Shown here in pieces: positions 7,024-16,146 of a DNA stretch of 28,220 nt. Every line of letters begins with the position of its first letter. The stretch's first letter is position 1. The translations under genes and the position numbers were made by a program. The notes under the pieces are model-generated. The model was given only the letters and a program-made list of their open reading frames with translations. It was not told where the DNA came from and did no database searches. This DNA comes from a virus (Duplodnaviria; Caudoviricetes), in IMG/VR virus record IMGVR_UViG_3300020045_007239, positions 1 to 28,220 of that record; one strand, written 5' to 3'.

Positions 7024-7075
7024 TGGTGGAGCTGAACAGGATCGAACTGTCGACCTCTTGACTGCCAGTCAAGCG
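7024..7075 (-). other. attP: attP core: 3' half of tRNA-Ala(GGC)
   Basis: CGCTTGACTGGCAGTCAAGAGGTCGACAGTTCGATCCTGTTCAGCTCCACCA contains an anticodon arm (GGC), T arm, acceptor strand and CCA; no D arm; IHF-like WATCAAN4TTR near 6939 (+) and 7007-7019 (-); close to the integrase. Confidence 0.9.
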
Positions 7076-7246
7076 GATAAAAAGCTAAGTATTTGAATAT
7101 GTTGCGTAAGTAGCTAGAATCACTAACGTTTATTTTCTGCTAAACGTTGTGGAAATACCTGTTTTTTCAGGCTTCACGTTATTTAGTTGAAATCGCTGGC
7201 GAAACCGTTACACATACAATGCACATACAAGCGATGATGATCCATG

Positions 7247-7456
7247 TCAATCTATGCAGTCTTTGTCTTGATCCCACCCCTCCGGGTGAATAGCTGCAAT
7301 ATCGGCAAAATTCAGCATAAGTGGACCTTCGACATAGTAATTATTTGCAACATCATTTTTTACGCCCCCGGTAATAGCCGAAATAAAGGAATCCACGGAA
7401 TTAGTTAACGGGACTGTGATTTTGTGACCGTTTTTTAGAACTACAATTGCATTCAT
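7247..7456 (-). CDS. Hypothetical protein
   Basis: AGGAG RBS, ATGA overlap. Confidence 0.65.
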   Translation of the reverse strand: MNAIVVLKNGHKITVPLTNSVDSFISAITGGVKNDVANNYYVEGPLMLNFADIAAIHPEGWDQDKDCID

Positions 7457-7686
7457 GATTGCTCTCCTTTTTGTAGTTTGATATCACGAAGAGCGTCCAT
7501 CCATGGAAAAGGGAGCGTTTCGTGTTTGCCCATGCTGCATTCGCATTCACCGTCACCCCACACTTGCCGACATGCGCAATGGTGGGTATGACCCTGTGTT
7601 TGCAACTCTTCAACCATCCGGAGGTCTTTTGTTTCGTCCGCCATTTCCTCGTAACTCATTGCCCCAAATCTTCCGTATCCAGCCAT
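7453..7686 (-). CDS. Hypothetical protein (HTHHCACR..WGDGECEC motif)
   Basis: GGGGAGGG RBS; Cys/His cluster. Confidence 0.75.
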   Translation of the reverse strand: MAGYGRFGAMSYEEMADETKDLRMVEELQTQGHTHHCACRQVWGDGECECSMGKHETLPFPWMDALRDIKLQKGEQS

Positions 7687-7701
7687 AATTCCCTCCCCTT
7701 T

Positions 7702-8859
7702 CTATAGTGCCAGCTTGTCTCGATACTCGGCCAGTGTTGCCTGCTTCTTGCTGGGTTCCAGATGGCCGTAACGCTTGTAAGTTATTTTCACGTCTGCATG
7801 GTCCGCCAAACTGCTAACTATGTACAGAGGCACGTCATCGCCTAGGAGAATCGACACAAATGAATGACGCAGCTTGTGGGGAGTTCCGGTTAACCCAGTT
7901 TTCTTAATAGCCGTCTTCCACGCTGTTCTCATGTCGTGCATAGGCTTGTCTATCTCCAGTGCAGGGTCATTGGCTGGTGACGGGAATAGCCACGTTCTAT
8001 AGCCATACTTCAAAGCGTATTTGTTGATATCGTTTCGTAATACTGGCGAAATACCGGTAACGAAATTACGCCCCGATTTCATCACCTCACCCGGCATGGA
8101 TACGGTGCAGTCATCGGCAATATACTCAAACCGCATACCATATACATTGCCCGGACGCAAGCCGGTTTCTATTTGGATACGGATTGCCAGTGCCAACTGT
8201 TCGCACGATGCGGCAATCAGCACCCTCACCTCATCGGCGGTGAAATAATCATCCTTGTAATTGTCAATCGCTGGTTTCGGTACCTTCAGCATATTGTCTT
8301 TTGCTTTATGCAGTCGGTCATAGTCGTTGGCATCAAGGTACATTGTGACGAGCACAAACATCCGTTTCACTGTACCAATCAATCCGGCAATGGTGCGGGC
8401 AGAGAGTCCATCTTCCTCCAGCGATTTGGTGAATTCCAGCAGTCGTGTAGGCTTGACATCAATCAACTTTTCTTTGTCACCAAACTCCCGGCTAAGAGTT
8501 GCCAGCATGTATTGATAATACTTACGGGTCTTATCCTTCATTTTGGCACTGTCAAAAGCCTCTTTGCCGTCCTTCCAGGTCAGCATAACCTCCTGCTTCG
8601 GGAGGGGAGTACCGTTGTGTTTGGCCCTCTGGCACTCGGAAAGGTACAGCTCAGCTTCTTTTTTCGTAGGAAACGATTTATCGATCCTTTCTCCATTTAT
8701 CTGGCCGGTCGCATACCACGGCCCGGACAGTTTCAGCGCTTTGCCGCATTTCGGGCAGTTTTGCGTTGTTGAGTAGCCGTTTTTATCACTAGATGCTGAT
8801 TTCAGCTCTGTGATGTAGCGACATTTCCCGCCGCATGTTCCCCGCTTGACCGCTCTCAT
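7702..8859 (-). CDS. int: Phage tyrosine integrase with N-terminal Zn-ribbon-like segment
   Basis: TGLR, K, HKLRH, ADH and RY catalytic motifs; GGAGGT RBS favours start at 8859 rather than 8919. Confidence 0.93.
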   Translation of the reverse strand: MRAVKRGTCGGKCRYITELKSASSDKNGYSTTQNCPKCGKALKLSGPWYATGQINGERIDKSFPTKKEAELYLSECQRAKHNGTPLPKQEVMLTWKDGKEAFDSAKMKDKTRKYYQYMLATLSREFGDKEKLIDVKPTRLLEFTKSLEEDGLSARTIAGLIGTVKRMFVLVTMYLDANDYDRLHKAKDNMLKVPKPAIDNYKDDYFTADEVRVLIAASCEQLALAIRIQIETGLRPGNVYGMRFEYIADDCTVSMPGEVMKSGRNFVTGISPVLRNDINKYALKYGYRTWLFPSPANDPALEIDKPMHDMRTAWKTAIKKTGLTGTPHKLRHSFVSILLGDDVPLYIVSSLADHADVKITYKRYGHLEPSKKQATLAEYRDKLAL

Positions 8860-8983
8860 TTCGGCACCTCCGGTTTGATTATCTGCAGCCGGACATCTTT
8901 GCCGGTTGTCTCGCACCATGATTTAATCCATGCCTTGTCAGAATCCCTTTCGACAACTTTGCCGCAATAAGGGCATCGGTATT

Positions 8984-9358
8984 TCATTTTGCCATCTCCT
9001 TTGCCATGTTCATCAGTATAGACTTCTGAGCCATCCCCATTTTTCGGTAATACTCCAATAGTATAGACTCCTCACTACTGATTATATCAGGAGCAATCAT
9101 CCGGGCCAACTCTGGTTCGCCCTTCTCTTCGCAAATCCATTTCAACTCGCTGGGAGTGAAACCGAGGGCGAATCCCATCTTGAGAAATACCAGTACGCCA
9201 GCCGATTTAAGGTAATTAAGGACTTGCGTACATGCCTGTAAACTCAGCCCTACTCTCGACTGATTTATCCAGTCTTGAACGATACTGTGACCCTGCTCGC
9301 GGTATTTCAGCTGAATATATTCAGCCGGCGTCATGTTTGCTGTTTTAGGCTTTTTCAT
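8984..9358 (-). CDS. Putative HTH-like regulator
   Basis: Coupled to the repressor gene; C-terminal EE..LLEYYRKM...QK is a repressor-type tail. Confidence 0.55.
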   Translation of the reverse strand: MKKPKTANMTPAEYIQLKYREQGHSIVQDWINQSRVGLSLQACTQVLNYLKSAGVLVFLKMGFALGFTPSELKWICEEKGEPELARMIAPDIISSEESILLEYYRKMGMAQKSILMNMAKEMAK

Positions 9359-9687
9359 TTCGGTTCCTCCTTTTTTGTAGCTACTTCCTCAAGTAGCCGT
9401 TTCTGAATATCTTCAGGTAATGTAGGGATGACTTTAATGAGTTCGCGAGCAACAGTATTGCTGCGGCGTTCTTCTGCGAATGCGCGTGGTTCCAGTAGCT
9501 CGAACGGTTGCACTCCGAAATATTTAGCGAGTTTCGCCAGATTGGTGGCGTCTGGAGTAACGCCCTTGTGGTAATATGTACTGATAGACACCTTGCTAAC
9601 ACCTGCCTCTCGTGCGATTTCGTGTTGCTTTTTCCCGGTCGCCAACTTCTCGATGATTAGTTCTTGCAACCTGTTAATTACTCTCAT
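9355..9687 (-). CDS. CI-like XRE-family HTH repressor
   Basis: QHEIAREAGVSKVSISTY...P....L.KLAKYFGV; start at 9687 with GAGGGG RBS; no peptidase domain. Confidence 0.85.
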   Translation of the reverse strand: MRVINRLQELIIEKLATGKKQHEIAREAGVSKVSISTYYHKGVTPDATNLAKLAKYFGVQPFELLEPRAFAEERRSNTVARELIKVIPTLPEDIQKRLLEEVATKKEEPK

Positions 9688-9724
9688 TACACACACCCCC
9701 TCATAGAAAATAAACCATGTTGAT

Positions 9725-9753
9725 AATATATTACTCAATACGAACAATGTCAA
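9725..9753 (-). promoter_or_regulatory. Leftward promoter (repressor-integrase operon)
   Basis: TTGACA-17 bp-TATATT. Confidence 0.65.
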
Positions 9754-9801
9754 ATTATATTTGCGGTCGATAAAAAACATTTGCCTATGTGAAATTAAAG
9801 A

Positions 9802-9830
9802 TTGACAGTTAATTTTGGACATGTTAGACC
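9802..9830 (+). promoter_or_regulatory. Rightward promoter (cro operon)
   Basis: TTGACA-17 bp-TAGACC with TGn extension. Confidence 0.5.
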
Positions 9831-9869
9831 TTCAATCACATTTGATTCACACATAAAAACGGAGGGAAC

Positions 9870-10091
9870 ATGGAATTAACATGGACGTTTTCAGGGTCGC
9901 GGCTCAGGCTGTTACGAGAGATGAAGGGGATGGAGGTTGCTGACTGCGCCAAAGCACTTGGTGTAGCAGGCCATCAATGGAAGAGCTGGGAAGAGGACAG
10001 GGTTGAACCTGGCGCTCGCACAGTGGCGAAGATGTGTACACTGCTTGGCGCACCGAACGCTATTTTTTGCTGGTCCGGAGGTGACAAGTGA
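9870..10091 (+). CDS. Cro-like XRE HTH protein
   Basis: RLRLLREMKGM...AKALGV....WE...EP; divergent from the repressor. Confidence 0.85.
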   Translation: MELTWTFSGSRLRLLREMKGMEVADCAKALGVAGHQWKSWEEDRVEPGARTVAKMCTLLGAPNAIFCWSGGDK

Positions 10092-10237
10092 CATTACTGG
10101 AACTGAAAGCAAAGGTTGATGCGGCGTTACTGTTTGGCGACATGGAAAGCATGAAAGACCATGCAGAGATCACGGACGCGGAAATCGTTCTGGCGATAGG
10201 CGATCATCCGGCATACTTCAATCTTGTCGGCAAGTAG
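10088..10237 (+). CDS. Hypothetical protein (49 aa, GTG start, not in ORF track)
   Basis: GGAGGT RBS, GTGA overlap. Confidence 0.55.
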   Translation: MTLLELKAKVDAALLFGDMESMKDHAEITDAEIVLAIGDHPAYFNLVGK

Positions 10238-10276
10238 TCTAGTTTTGCCACACTAATCAACGGAAAGGAAAAAGAA

Positions 10277-10501
10277 ATGAACGATGATTTTGCAACAACA
10301 CAAAGGAAACTGCGAATCCAGATGGCGGAGAATCAGACCCGCATGGAAATAGCAGACGAGGAACTGGAACGGGGCGGTAATCCACTGTCGTCACTTATCG
10401 TTCTGGTCGTGGTTCTGGCGTTTGCGGCGGCTGTCGTGATGTGGGTACTCAGGCATAGGGATGCGATTAACGGACCTATGCGCATGGCGGGTATCGCATG
10501 A
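10277..10501 (+). CDS. Small single-pass membrane protein
   Basis: Hydrophobic LIVLVVVLAFAAAVVMWVL segment. Confidence 0.7.
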   Translation: MNDDFATTQRKLRIQMAENQTRMEIADEELERGGNPLSSLIVLVVVLAFAAAVVMWVLRHRDAINGPMRMAGIA

Positions 10502-10911
10502 ACAGTGAAACCAGATACAGGAGAGTTGTCACTGGCAAACGTGTCCGTTACGAACCGGTAGCCGAATACTGCGACCTCGACCAGTTCCCGAAAGGGTACC
10601 ATCTGTTGTATATCACGCCGGGATGCAGGTCGTACAGATATGATATTGCGCCTGATTATCATGCGGTCATAGCCGCCGTGCATAGCATGAGGGATACCAT
10701 GATTGCCACCATGAATGAGGCTAATCGGTTTAATCTGGATAAGCCGGTAACCCCGCTGACCAAGAAACAGAGGGCCGTATTGGATGAATACCAACGGCTG
10801 AGGGGCGAAACGCTGACAGTATTCAAGGGCGTTTCCATGCATGATATCGTGGAGGCCGGTCTAAAAGTGCTGGAGAAAGGGGCAACCAATGGAATGTCCG
10901 AAGTGTCGTAA
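10498..10911 (+). CDS. Hypothetical protein
   Basis: 137 aa, ATGA overlap. Confidence 0.75.
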   Translation: MNSETRYRRVVTGKRVRYEPVAEYCDLDQFPKGYHLLYITPGCRSYRYDIAPDYHAVIAAVHSMRDTMIATMNEANRFNLDKPVTPLTKKQRAVLDEYQRLRGETLTVFKGVSMHDIVEAGLKVLEKGATNGMSEVS

Positions 10912-11290
10912 AACAATGCACGGCTATTCAGGCCCGTCGATATCATCAGGAGCAACCAGGCATGACGGCGATCAAGCGGAGTACATCGTAGGGAAGTCAT
11001 GTATCAATTGTGGTACATGGATTGATGATGAGCCGATAGTTGCTAAACCCGGAGTGCCAGACCCCACCGGGCGCGAGGGGCAGAAACCTAAATTATATCT
11101 CATCACGGAAGCAGATAAAACCGTCTGGGAATACCGTGAGTCGATCTTGCGAATGCTGGCAGAGAAAACCGACATGAAAAACATTATCCGGTTGATGTCT
11201 CGTGCCGGGCAGCCGGCCAAACCCAAGAATATCATGGCATCTATACTCAGGCTGCAGGACGGGCGGCTGGCGGAACATTTCGAAGCATAA
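10889..11290 (+). CDS. Zn-ribbon protein
   Basis: CPKC...CINCG. Confidence 0.7.
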   Translation: MECPKCRKTMHGYSGPSISSGATRHDGDQAEYIVGKSCINCGTWIDDEPIVAKPGVPDPTGREGQKPKLYLITEADKTVWEYRESILRMLAEKTDMKNIIRLMSRAGQPAKPKNIMASILRLQDGRLAEHFEA

Positions 11291-11306
11291 ATTTAAGGGA
11301 GGAAAT

Positions 11307-12119
11307 ATGAGCAAAAAACAAAAAGATCAGCAGGTAATTAAAAGCTACAAGGGTTTTGACAAAAACATGCAGTGCAGGGGCTTCCAATTTAAGGAAGGCG
11401 AAACATACAAGCATGAAGGGGCAGTAGAAGCGTGTGCATCTGGCTTCCATTCTTGCGAAAATCCGCTTGATGTACTGAATTATTATGATCTTTGCGACAG
11501 CCGTTTTGCCAGTGTTACGGTCGGCGGAGAGATTGGCCGTCACAGCGGTGACTCAAAAATAGCTTCTGCCATTATCACCATTGATGCGGAAATCAAGCTA
11601 CCTGAATTCATAAAAGCTGCTGTGAACTGGCTAATGGATGCGTGTAAAGGTGATGATTCCAGCCAGCTCGCAGCATCAGGGCATTCCAGCAAGCTCGCAG
11701 CATCAGGGCATTCCAGCAAGCTCGCAGCATCAGGGCATTACAGCCAGCTCGCAGCATCAGGGGATTACAGCCAGCTCGCAGCATCAGGGCATTCCAGCAA
11801 ACTCGCAGCATCAGGGCATTCCAGCCAGCTCGCAGCATCAGGGGATTACAGCCAGCTCGCAGCATCAGGGCATTCCAGCCAGCTCGCAGCATCAGGGCAT
11901 TCCAGCCAGCTCGCAGCATCAGGGCATTCCAGCGTTGCCGCATGCGTTGGCACAAAGGGGCAAGTCAAAGCTGGTCCAAACGGAGCACTCGTATTGACTC
12001 GGTGGGTAGAGAATGAAAAGCGATACAGGGTGTCGGTAGCATATACGGGCGAAAACGGAATAAAGCCGGATGTTTGGTACACTCTGGACGATAATGGCTT
12101 ATTTATAGAGGTGTCATAG
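11307..12119 (+). CDS. DUF7666-like phage protein with 9-aa tandem repeats
   Basis: YKGFD..MQCRGFQF..G...C.SGFH.CENPLDV N-terminus and GENGIKPD.WY.L C-terminus; GGAGG RBS at start 11307. Confidence 0.85.
   Translation: MSKKQKDQQVIKSYKGFDKNMQCRGFQFKEGETYKHEGAVEACASGFHSCENPLDVLNYYDLCDSRFASVTVGGEIGRHSGDSKIASAIITIDAEIKLPEFIKAAVNWLMDACKGDDSSQLAASGHSSKLAASGHSSKLAASGHYSQLAASGDYSQLAASGHSSKLAASGHSSQLAASGDYSQLAASGHSSQLAASGHSSQLAASGHSSVAACVGTKGQVKAGPNGALVLTRWVENEKRYRVSVAYTGENGIKPDVWYTLDDNGLFIEVS
11656..11933 (+). repeat. 27-bp tandem repeat, about 10.3 copies, in frame ([HD][SY]S[QK]LAASG)
   Basis: Directly visible. Confidence 0.97.
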
Positions 12120-12256
12120 TGTGCTATAATGGTCAATGCCCCTATGAAAAGTGGGGTAATCCTGACACTGCTGGCGAGTGTGCCAAACCGTCAATGCAGG
12201 GCACGCCATTAGCTCACTGCTACGAGGAACCGGAAGAGGGGGAAGAGGATGAATGA
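12119..12256 (+). CDS. Hypothetical protein (45 aa, GTG start)
   Basis: GAGGT RBS; Cys-rich with acidic tail. Confidence 0.45.
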   Translation: MCYNGQCPYEKWGNPDTAGECAKPSMQGTPLAHCYEEPEEGEEDE

Positions 12257-12407
12257 TATAAAGCTATGTGATTGTGGCAGTGTAGGATGGTTGGGGATAT
12301 GGGAAATTAACGGCAAGGAGCAGTACCGAACGGGCAAGCATCATTTGACGGCGCTCAACGCATTAATTGCAGTGCAAAATTGGATTGATAAGCCTATTTT
12401 GTCGTAA
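12249..12407 (+). CDS. Hypothetical protein (52 aa)
   Basis: Overlaps the previous ORF and fills the gap. Confidence 0.45.
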   Translation: MNDIKLCDCGSVGWLGIWEINGKEQYRTGKHHLTALNALIAVQNWIDKPILS

Positions 12408-12453
12408 TGACAGTAAACAATGTGTAGCGCAAACTAAACGAAGGGGAGGATGT

Positions 12454-12738
12454 ATGAGCAGAGATTACAAAACAGTTCCAACCACTCTCGAAGTCTGGAG
12501 AGCTATCCGAGAAGCACACCCTGAAATGGTGGTGTATGGAAGTTTCAGCGCACCAGATGGTAATTACTACGGTGATCCAAGCGAAGGTAAGATGTTCACG
12601 AGCTACGGATTTAAGCAAGGCGAATTCCCGGTGATCGAAGCGGAGACAAGGTGGGACATTGACCGAGCAAAACCGTATGAGCGACATAACGAGCGTCACA
12701 AATATTGGCTATGCTTGCCAGAGAAAGCGGAGGATTAA
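12454..12738 (+). CDS. Hypothetical protein
   Basis: GGGGAGG RBS before ATG 12454. Confidence 0.75.
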   Translation: MSRDYKTVPTTLEVWRAIREAHPEMVVYGSFSAPDGNYYGDPSEGKMFTSYGFKQGEFPVIEAETRWDIDRAKPYERHNERHKYWLCLPEKAED

Positions 12739-13023
12739 ATGTTTGAAATCGAGGTAAAAACAGGGGAGTTCGGGCCGGTGGTATTGAGGGGATGTACAGA
12801 CGGGACAGTCGAAATGTGCCGCTGGCAAGATACCAAAGATGTTAAGACCAAAGAACCAATTACCGTACTGCAACCGCTCAAATATTACGCATCGATTGAG
12901 CAGGCATTTGAGCGTGTTGCCAGGATGCGGATAGGGTCGGCAGTGGCTACCGATATTAAAGAGTTGGTGGCGGCGATAAGAGGCATACGGGCAGATATCA
13001 AGAAGGAAATGGGGGTGGTATGA
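12739..13023 (+). CDS. Hypothetical protein
   Basis: GGAGG RBS; 94 aa. Confidence 0.75.
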   Translation: MFEIEVKTGEFGPVVLRGCTDGTVEMCRWQDTKDVKTKEPITVLQPLKYYASIEQAFERVARMRIGSAVATDIKELVAAIRGIRADIKKEMGVV

Positions 13024-13715
13024 GTCATATTAAATACCACTACGACGTTGAGCAGGGGTCAGATGAATGGCACGCACTCAGAAATGGAATTATGACCTCT
13101 TCTGAAATGAAGTTAATTATCACGCCGTCACTGAAAACAGCCAGCAATGACAAGGAAAAAGCACACCTGTATGAGCTGGCAGCACAACGGATTACCGGTT
13201 ACGTCGAGCCATTTTATTTCAACGATGACATGTTAAGGGGTCATACAGATGAAATTGAAGCACGTATTCTCTATGCCGAAAAGTACGCTCCGGTTGAAGA
13301 GGTCGGCTTCATCACGAATGACTCTTTGGGCTTTGTGATCGGCTTTTCTCCCGATGGCATTGTTGGTGATGACGGGTTAATTGAGTGCAAGTCGAGACGG
13401 CAGAAGTACCAAATCAAGACGCTGGTGGAGTGCGTGACGACGAACACTATACCCGATGAATATATGATTCAGATCCAGACCGGTTTGTGGGTTACAGGTC
13501 GGAAATGGTGCGACTTCATATCATATTCAGGCGGTCTGGAAATGGTAACCATTCGCGTCTTTCCTGATACCAAGATTCAGGATGCAATCGTAGCGGCAGC
13601 AACCGAATTTGAAGCCAAAATCAAGGGGGTGATTGAAAGGTATCACCAGATTCAGCAGTCACCGGGGCGTTTGATCCCGACAGTTCGCAGGGTTGAGCAG
13701 GAAATAACTTTATAA
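13020..13715 (+). CDS. YqaJ/lambda-exonuclease-family recombination nuclease
   Basis: EQGSDEW..LR.G..TSS, SPDG, IECK, Y..QIQ..LWVTGRKWCDF. Confidence 0.92.
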   Translation: MSHIKYHYDVEQGSDEWHALRNGIMTSSEMKLIITPSLKTASNDKEKAHLYELAAQRITGYVEPFYFNDDMLRGHTDEIEARILYAEKYAPVEEVGFITNDSLGFVIGFSPDGIVGDDGLIECKSRRQKYQIKTLVECVTTNTIPDEYMIQIQTGLWVTGRKWCDFISYSGGLEMVTIRVFPDTKIQDAIVAAATEFEAKIKGVIERYHQIQQSPGRLIPTVRRVEQEITL

Positions 13716-13724
13716 GGGGGCAAG

Positions 13725-14399
13725 ATGAAGGCACTTATTTTTGATACCGAAACGACAGGTATTGCAGACCCAGAAATTATCGAAGCGGCATGGATGCTAC
13801 TGCCTGGTGACGGCACCGACTGTACATTGTATCAGGAGCGATTCAAGCCGGTCAAGCTGATTGATTTGGGCGCAATGGCAACACACCACATTATCCCCTC
13901 TGACCTGACTGATTGCAGGCCGAGCGCAGATTTTAAACTTCCCGAGGTGGATTATCTGATTGGTCACAACGTAGACTTTGACTGGCAAGCGGCAGGTTCG
14001 CCAAACATTAAGCGGATTTGCACGCTGGCACTGAGCCGGTATCTTTTCCCTAACATCGACAGCCACAAACAGACGGCAATGCTGTACCATCTGTTTCCGC
14101 ATGAGACTGCAAGAGAGATGTGCCATGATGCACATAATGCACTGGCTGATGTGAATATGTGTCATGCCTTGCTGGAAGCTCTCATTGAAAGGATGGGGGA
14201 GGACGACAAGCTAACGGAAGATTATACGTGGGAAGATATTTGGCGGATATCCGAGATAGCACGTATTCCAACAGTAATGGCGTTCGGCAAGCACAAGGGT
14301 CTGGCAATCAAAGATGTTCCCCGCGATTATGTTCAGTGGTATCTCAGGCAGGCCGAAACTGACCCGTATTTGGTAAAAGCATTTACATCAGTTAAATAG
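13725..14399 (+). CDS. DnaQ-family 3'-5' exonuclease (exonuclease X-like)
   Basis: DTETTG, GHNVDFD, H.A.AD; C-terminal FGKHKG..I.DVP.DY..W. Confidence 0.9.
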   Translation: MKALIFDTETTGIADPEIIEAAWMLLPGDGTDCTLYQERFKPVKLIDLGAMATHHIIPSDLTDCRPSADFKLPEVDYLIGHNVDFDWQAAGSPNIKRICTLALSRYLFPNIDSHKQTAMLYHLFPHETAREMCHDAHNALADVNMCHALLEALIERMGEDDKLTEDYTWEDIWRISEIARIPTVMAFGKHKGLAIKDVPRDYVQWYLRQAETDPYLVKAFTSVK

Positions 14400-14415
14400 C
14401 ATTCAAGGAGTCAAA

Positions 14416-15018
14416 ATGTCAGATCTCAGATCAACAGTAGTGCCTAAATCGGACCAGCTCAATGCTGATTCGTTGATCGGCGGTAAAACACTGACCATCA
14501 AGGTCACAAAAGTATTGCTTGAATTAGGAGAACAGCCGGTAATCATCAATTACGAAGGTGATGAGGGAAAGCCGTACAAGCCTGGTAAGTCGATGCGTCG
14601 AGTCTTGATCCACGTTTGGGGCGCTGACGGGAACAACTTTGTCGGCAAGAGCATGACCCTTTATTGCGACGAAAAGGTTACTTTCGGCGGCACGGCAGTC
14701 GGCGGAATTCGTATCAGCCATATGAGCCATATCGACAAGCCGATTACTATGGCGTTGACGGCAACCAGAGCCAACAAGAAGCCATTCACGGTCAAGCCGC
14801 TGGTGGTAGCAGCAGAACCAGTCAAGCAAACGGAACCTGTTGAACCAAAGATCACCAAAGAGATTGCCAACGACCTGCTGGCGTTAATGACCGACAACGG
14901 GATCAGCCCCCAGGATTTCAAAACTCAGTATGAACTCAAGACAGCGCTTGACTTGCCTTTGTCGAAGTTGGCAGATGCCAAAGCATGGATTATTAAGAAC
15001 AAAAAGGAGCAGGCATAA
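14416..15018 (+). CDS. Conserved phage protein, candidate single-strand annealing partner of YqaJ
   Basis: PKSDQLNAD...[11 protein letters not shown] motifs; position between exonuclease and SSB (function inferred). Confidence 0.6.
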   Translation: MSDLRSTVVPKSDQLNADSLIGGKTLTIKVTKVLLELGEQPVIINYEGDEGKPYKPGKSMRRVLIHVWGADGNNFVGKSMTLYCDEKVTFGGTAVGGIRISHMSHIDKPITMALTATRANKKPFTVKPLVVAAEPVKQTEPVEPKITKEIANDLLALMTDNGISPQDFKTQYELKTALDLPLSKLADAKAWIIKNKKEQA

Positions 15019-15425
15019 TGGCGTCATTTCAGCAAGTAATTTTGATGGGTAATTTGGGCCGCGATCCAGAAATAAAGTACACTGCCAGCGGTCAGGCAGT
15101 GGCTAATTTCAGCATTGCCACAAGCGAGAAGTACAAGGATAAATCCGGCGAGAAAGTAGAAAAAACCGAATGGCACAACATTGTAATTTGGGGCAAGCTG
15201 GCGGAAGTGGTCGAAAAGTACGTTACCAAGGGGAGTACTGTTCACCTGGTCGGCAAGCTCCAGACTCGCAAGTGGCAGGACAAGGAAGGCAAAGACCGCT
15301 ATACTACTGAAATCGTCTGCCATGAAATGACCATGTGCGGCGGTGGCAATGGTGCTCCGAAGCAGGCGGCAGAACCGGCAGGCGGAGATGAGCCACCGTT
15401 TCAGGATGACGACATACCCTTTTAG
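15018..15425 (+). CDS. ssb: Single-stranded DNA-binding protein
   Basis: [17 protein letters not shown] tail. Confidence 0.97.
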   Translation: MASFQQVILMGNLGRDPEIKYTASGQAVANFSIATSEKYKDKSGEKVEKTEWHNIVIWGKLAEVVEKYVTKGSTVHLVGKLQTRKWQDKEGKDRYTTEIVCHEMTMCGGGNGAPKQAAEPAGGDEPPFQDDDIPF

Positions 15426-15498
15426 CTAACTACCTGTAATTGTTCATCTTTTCACTAATCGACGTTGATTATAAACTACATCACAAAGGAGAATCACA

Positions 15499-15639
15499 AT
15501 GGTAAGACAATGCACATGTCAGCACCCCATGCAGGATGAAATGCACGGCAAGGGGAATCGAGCGCATAACCCGACAGCGAAGTCAACCGGCTCACAGCAG
15601 GAATGGCGCTGTACTGTCTGCGGTAAAGTAAGCAAATAA
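15499..15639 (+). CDS. Small Zn-binding protein (46 aa, not in ORF track)
   Basis: AAGGAG RBS; CxC...H...CTVC. Confidence 0.6.
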   Translation: MVRQCTCQHPMQDEMHGKGNRAHNPTAKSTGSQQEWRCTVCGKVSK

Positions 15640-15687
15640 TCACCCTAAACGAGCTAGGCAACTCACTAAACTGCCTACGGAGGGTTT

Positions 15688-16146
15688 ATGCTGTTTATTG
15701 GAATTGACCCCGGCATGAAGGGGGGAGTCGCGCATTACTGTACGCATAGCTGTAAGTATGGGGCGGTACCGATGCCTGCAACACGATTGCAACTATTTTA
15801 CCTATTACGTGATCTCAGAACAGAGTTCGGACCAATAATAGCAGGAGTAGAGAGTGTGCATTCGATGCCCGGTCAAGGAGTTTCCAGCACGTTCAAGTTC
15901 GGTAAGGGTTGCGGCGAGATATTGGGAATACTGACTGCGTTGAATGCGGAAATCATTGAGCCTACTCCGCAGGCATGGAAAAAGCTCGTGTTGGCGGGGA
16001 CAGATAAAGGGAAGGATGCCGCAATACAAGTGGCGGAAAATAGTTTCCCCGATATTGTGCTGGTACCAAAAAACTGTCGAAAGCCGCATGACGGCATGGC
16101 TGATGCTGTTTGTATTATGGATTATATCAGGAGGACATACAAATGA
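15688..16146 (+). CDS. RuvC-like Holliday junction resolvase
   Basis: IGIDPG, E.V.SMPGQGVSSTF.FG, P..WK, DG.ADA. Confidence 0.88.
   Translation: MLFIGIDPGMKGGVAHYCTHSCKYGAVPMPATRLQLFYLLRDLRTEFGPIIAGVESVHSMPGQGVSSTFKFGKGCGEILGILTALNAEIIEPTPQAWKKLVLAGTDKGKDAAIQVAENSFPDIVLVPKNCRKPHDGMADAVCIMDYIRRTYK

Noticed and set aside
7024-7075. Functional tRNA-Ala gene
   Set aside because: The 5' acceptor strand and D arm are absent
8173-8772. Long antisense ORFs (also 18482-18988, 10333-10842, 24091-24555)
   Set aside because: They lie opposite well-supported genes and have no recognisable motifs
7702-8859. Integrase as an integron integrase (IntI) serving the attC-like array
   Set aside because: It lacks the IntI-specific insertion before the WLFPS patch and has its own tRNA-type attP, so it is best read as the phage integrase
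11656-11933. CRISPR array
   Set aside because: The units are contiguous and in frame with no spacers; overlapping ORFs 11608-11955 and 11638-11997 are shadows of the repeat
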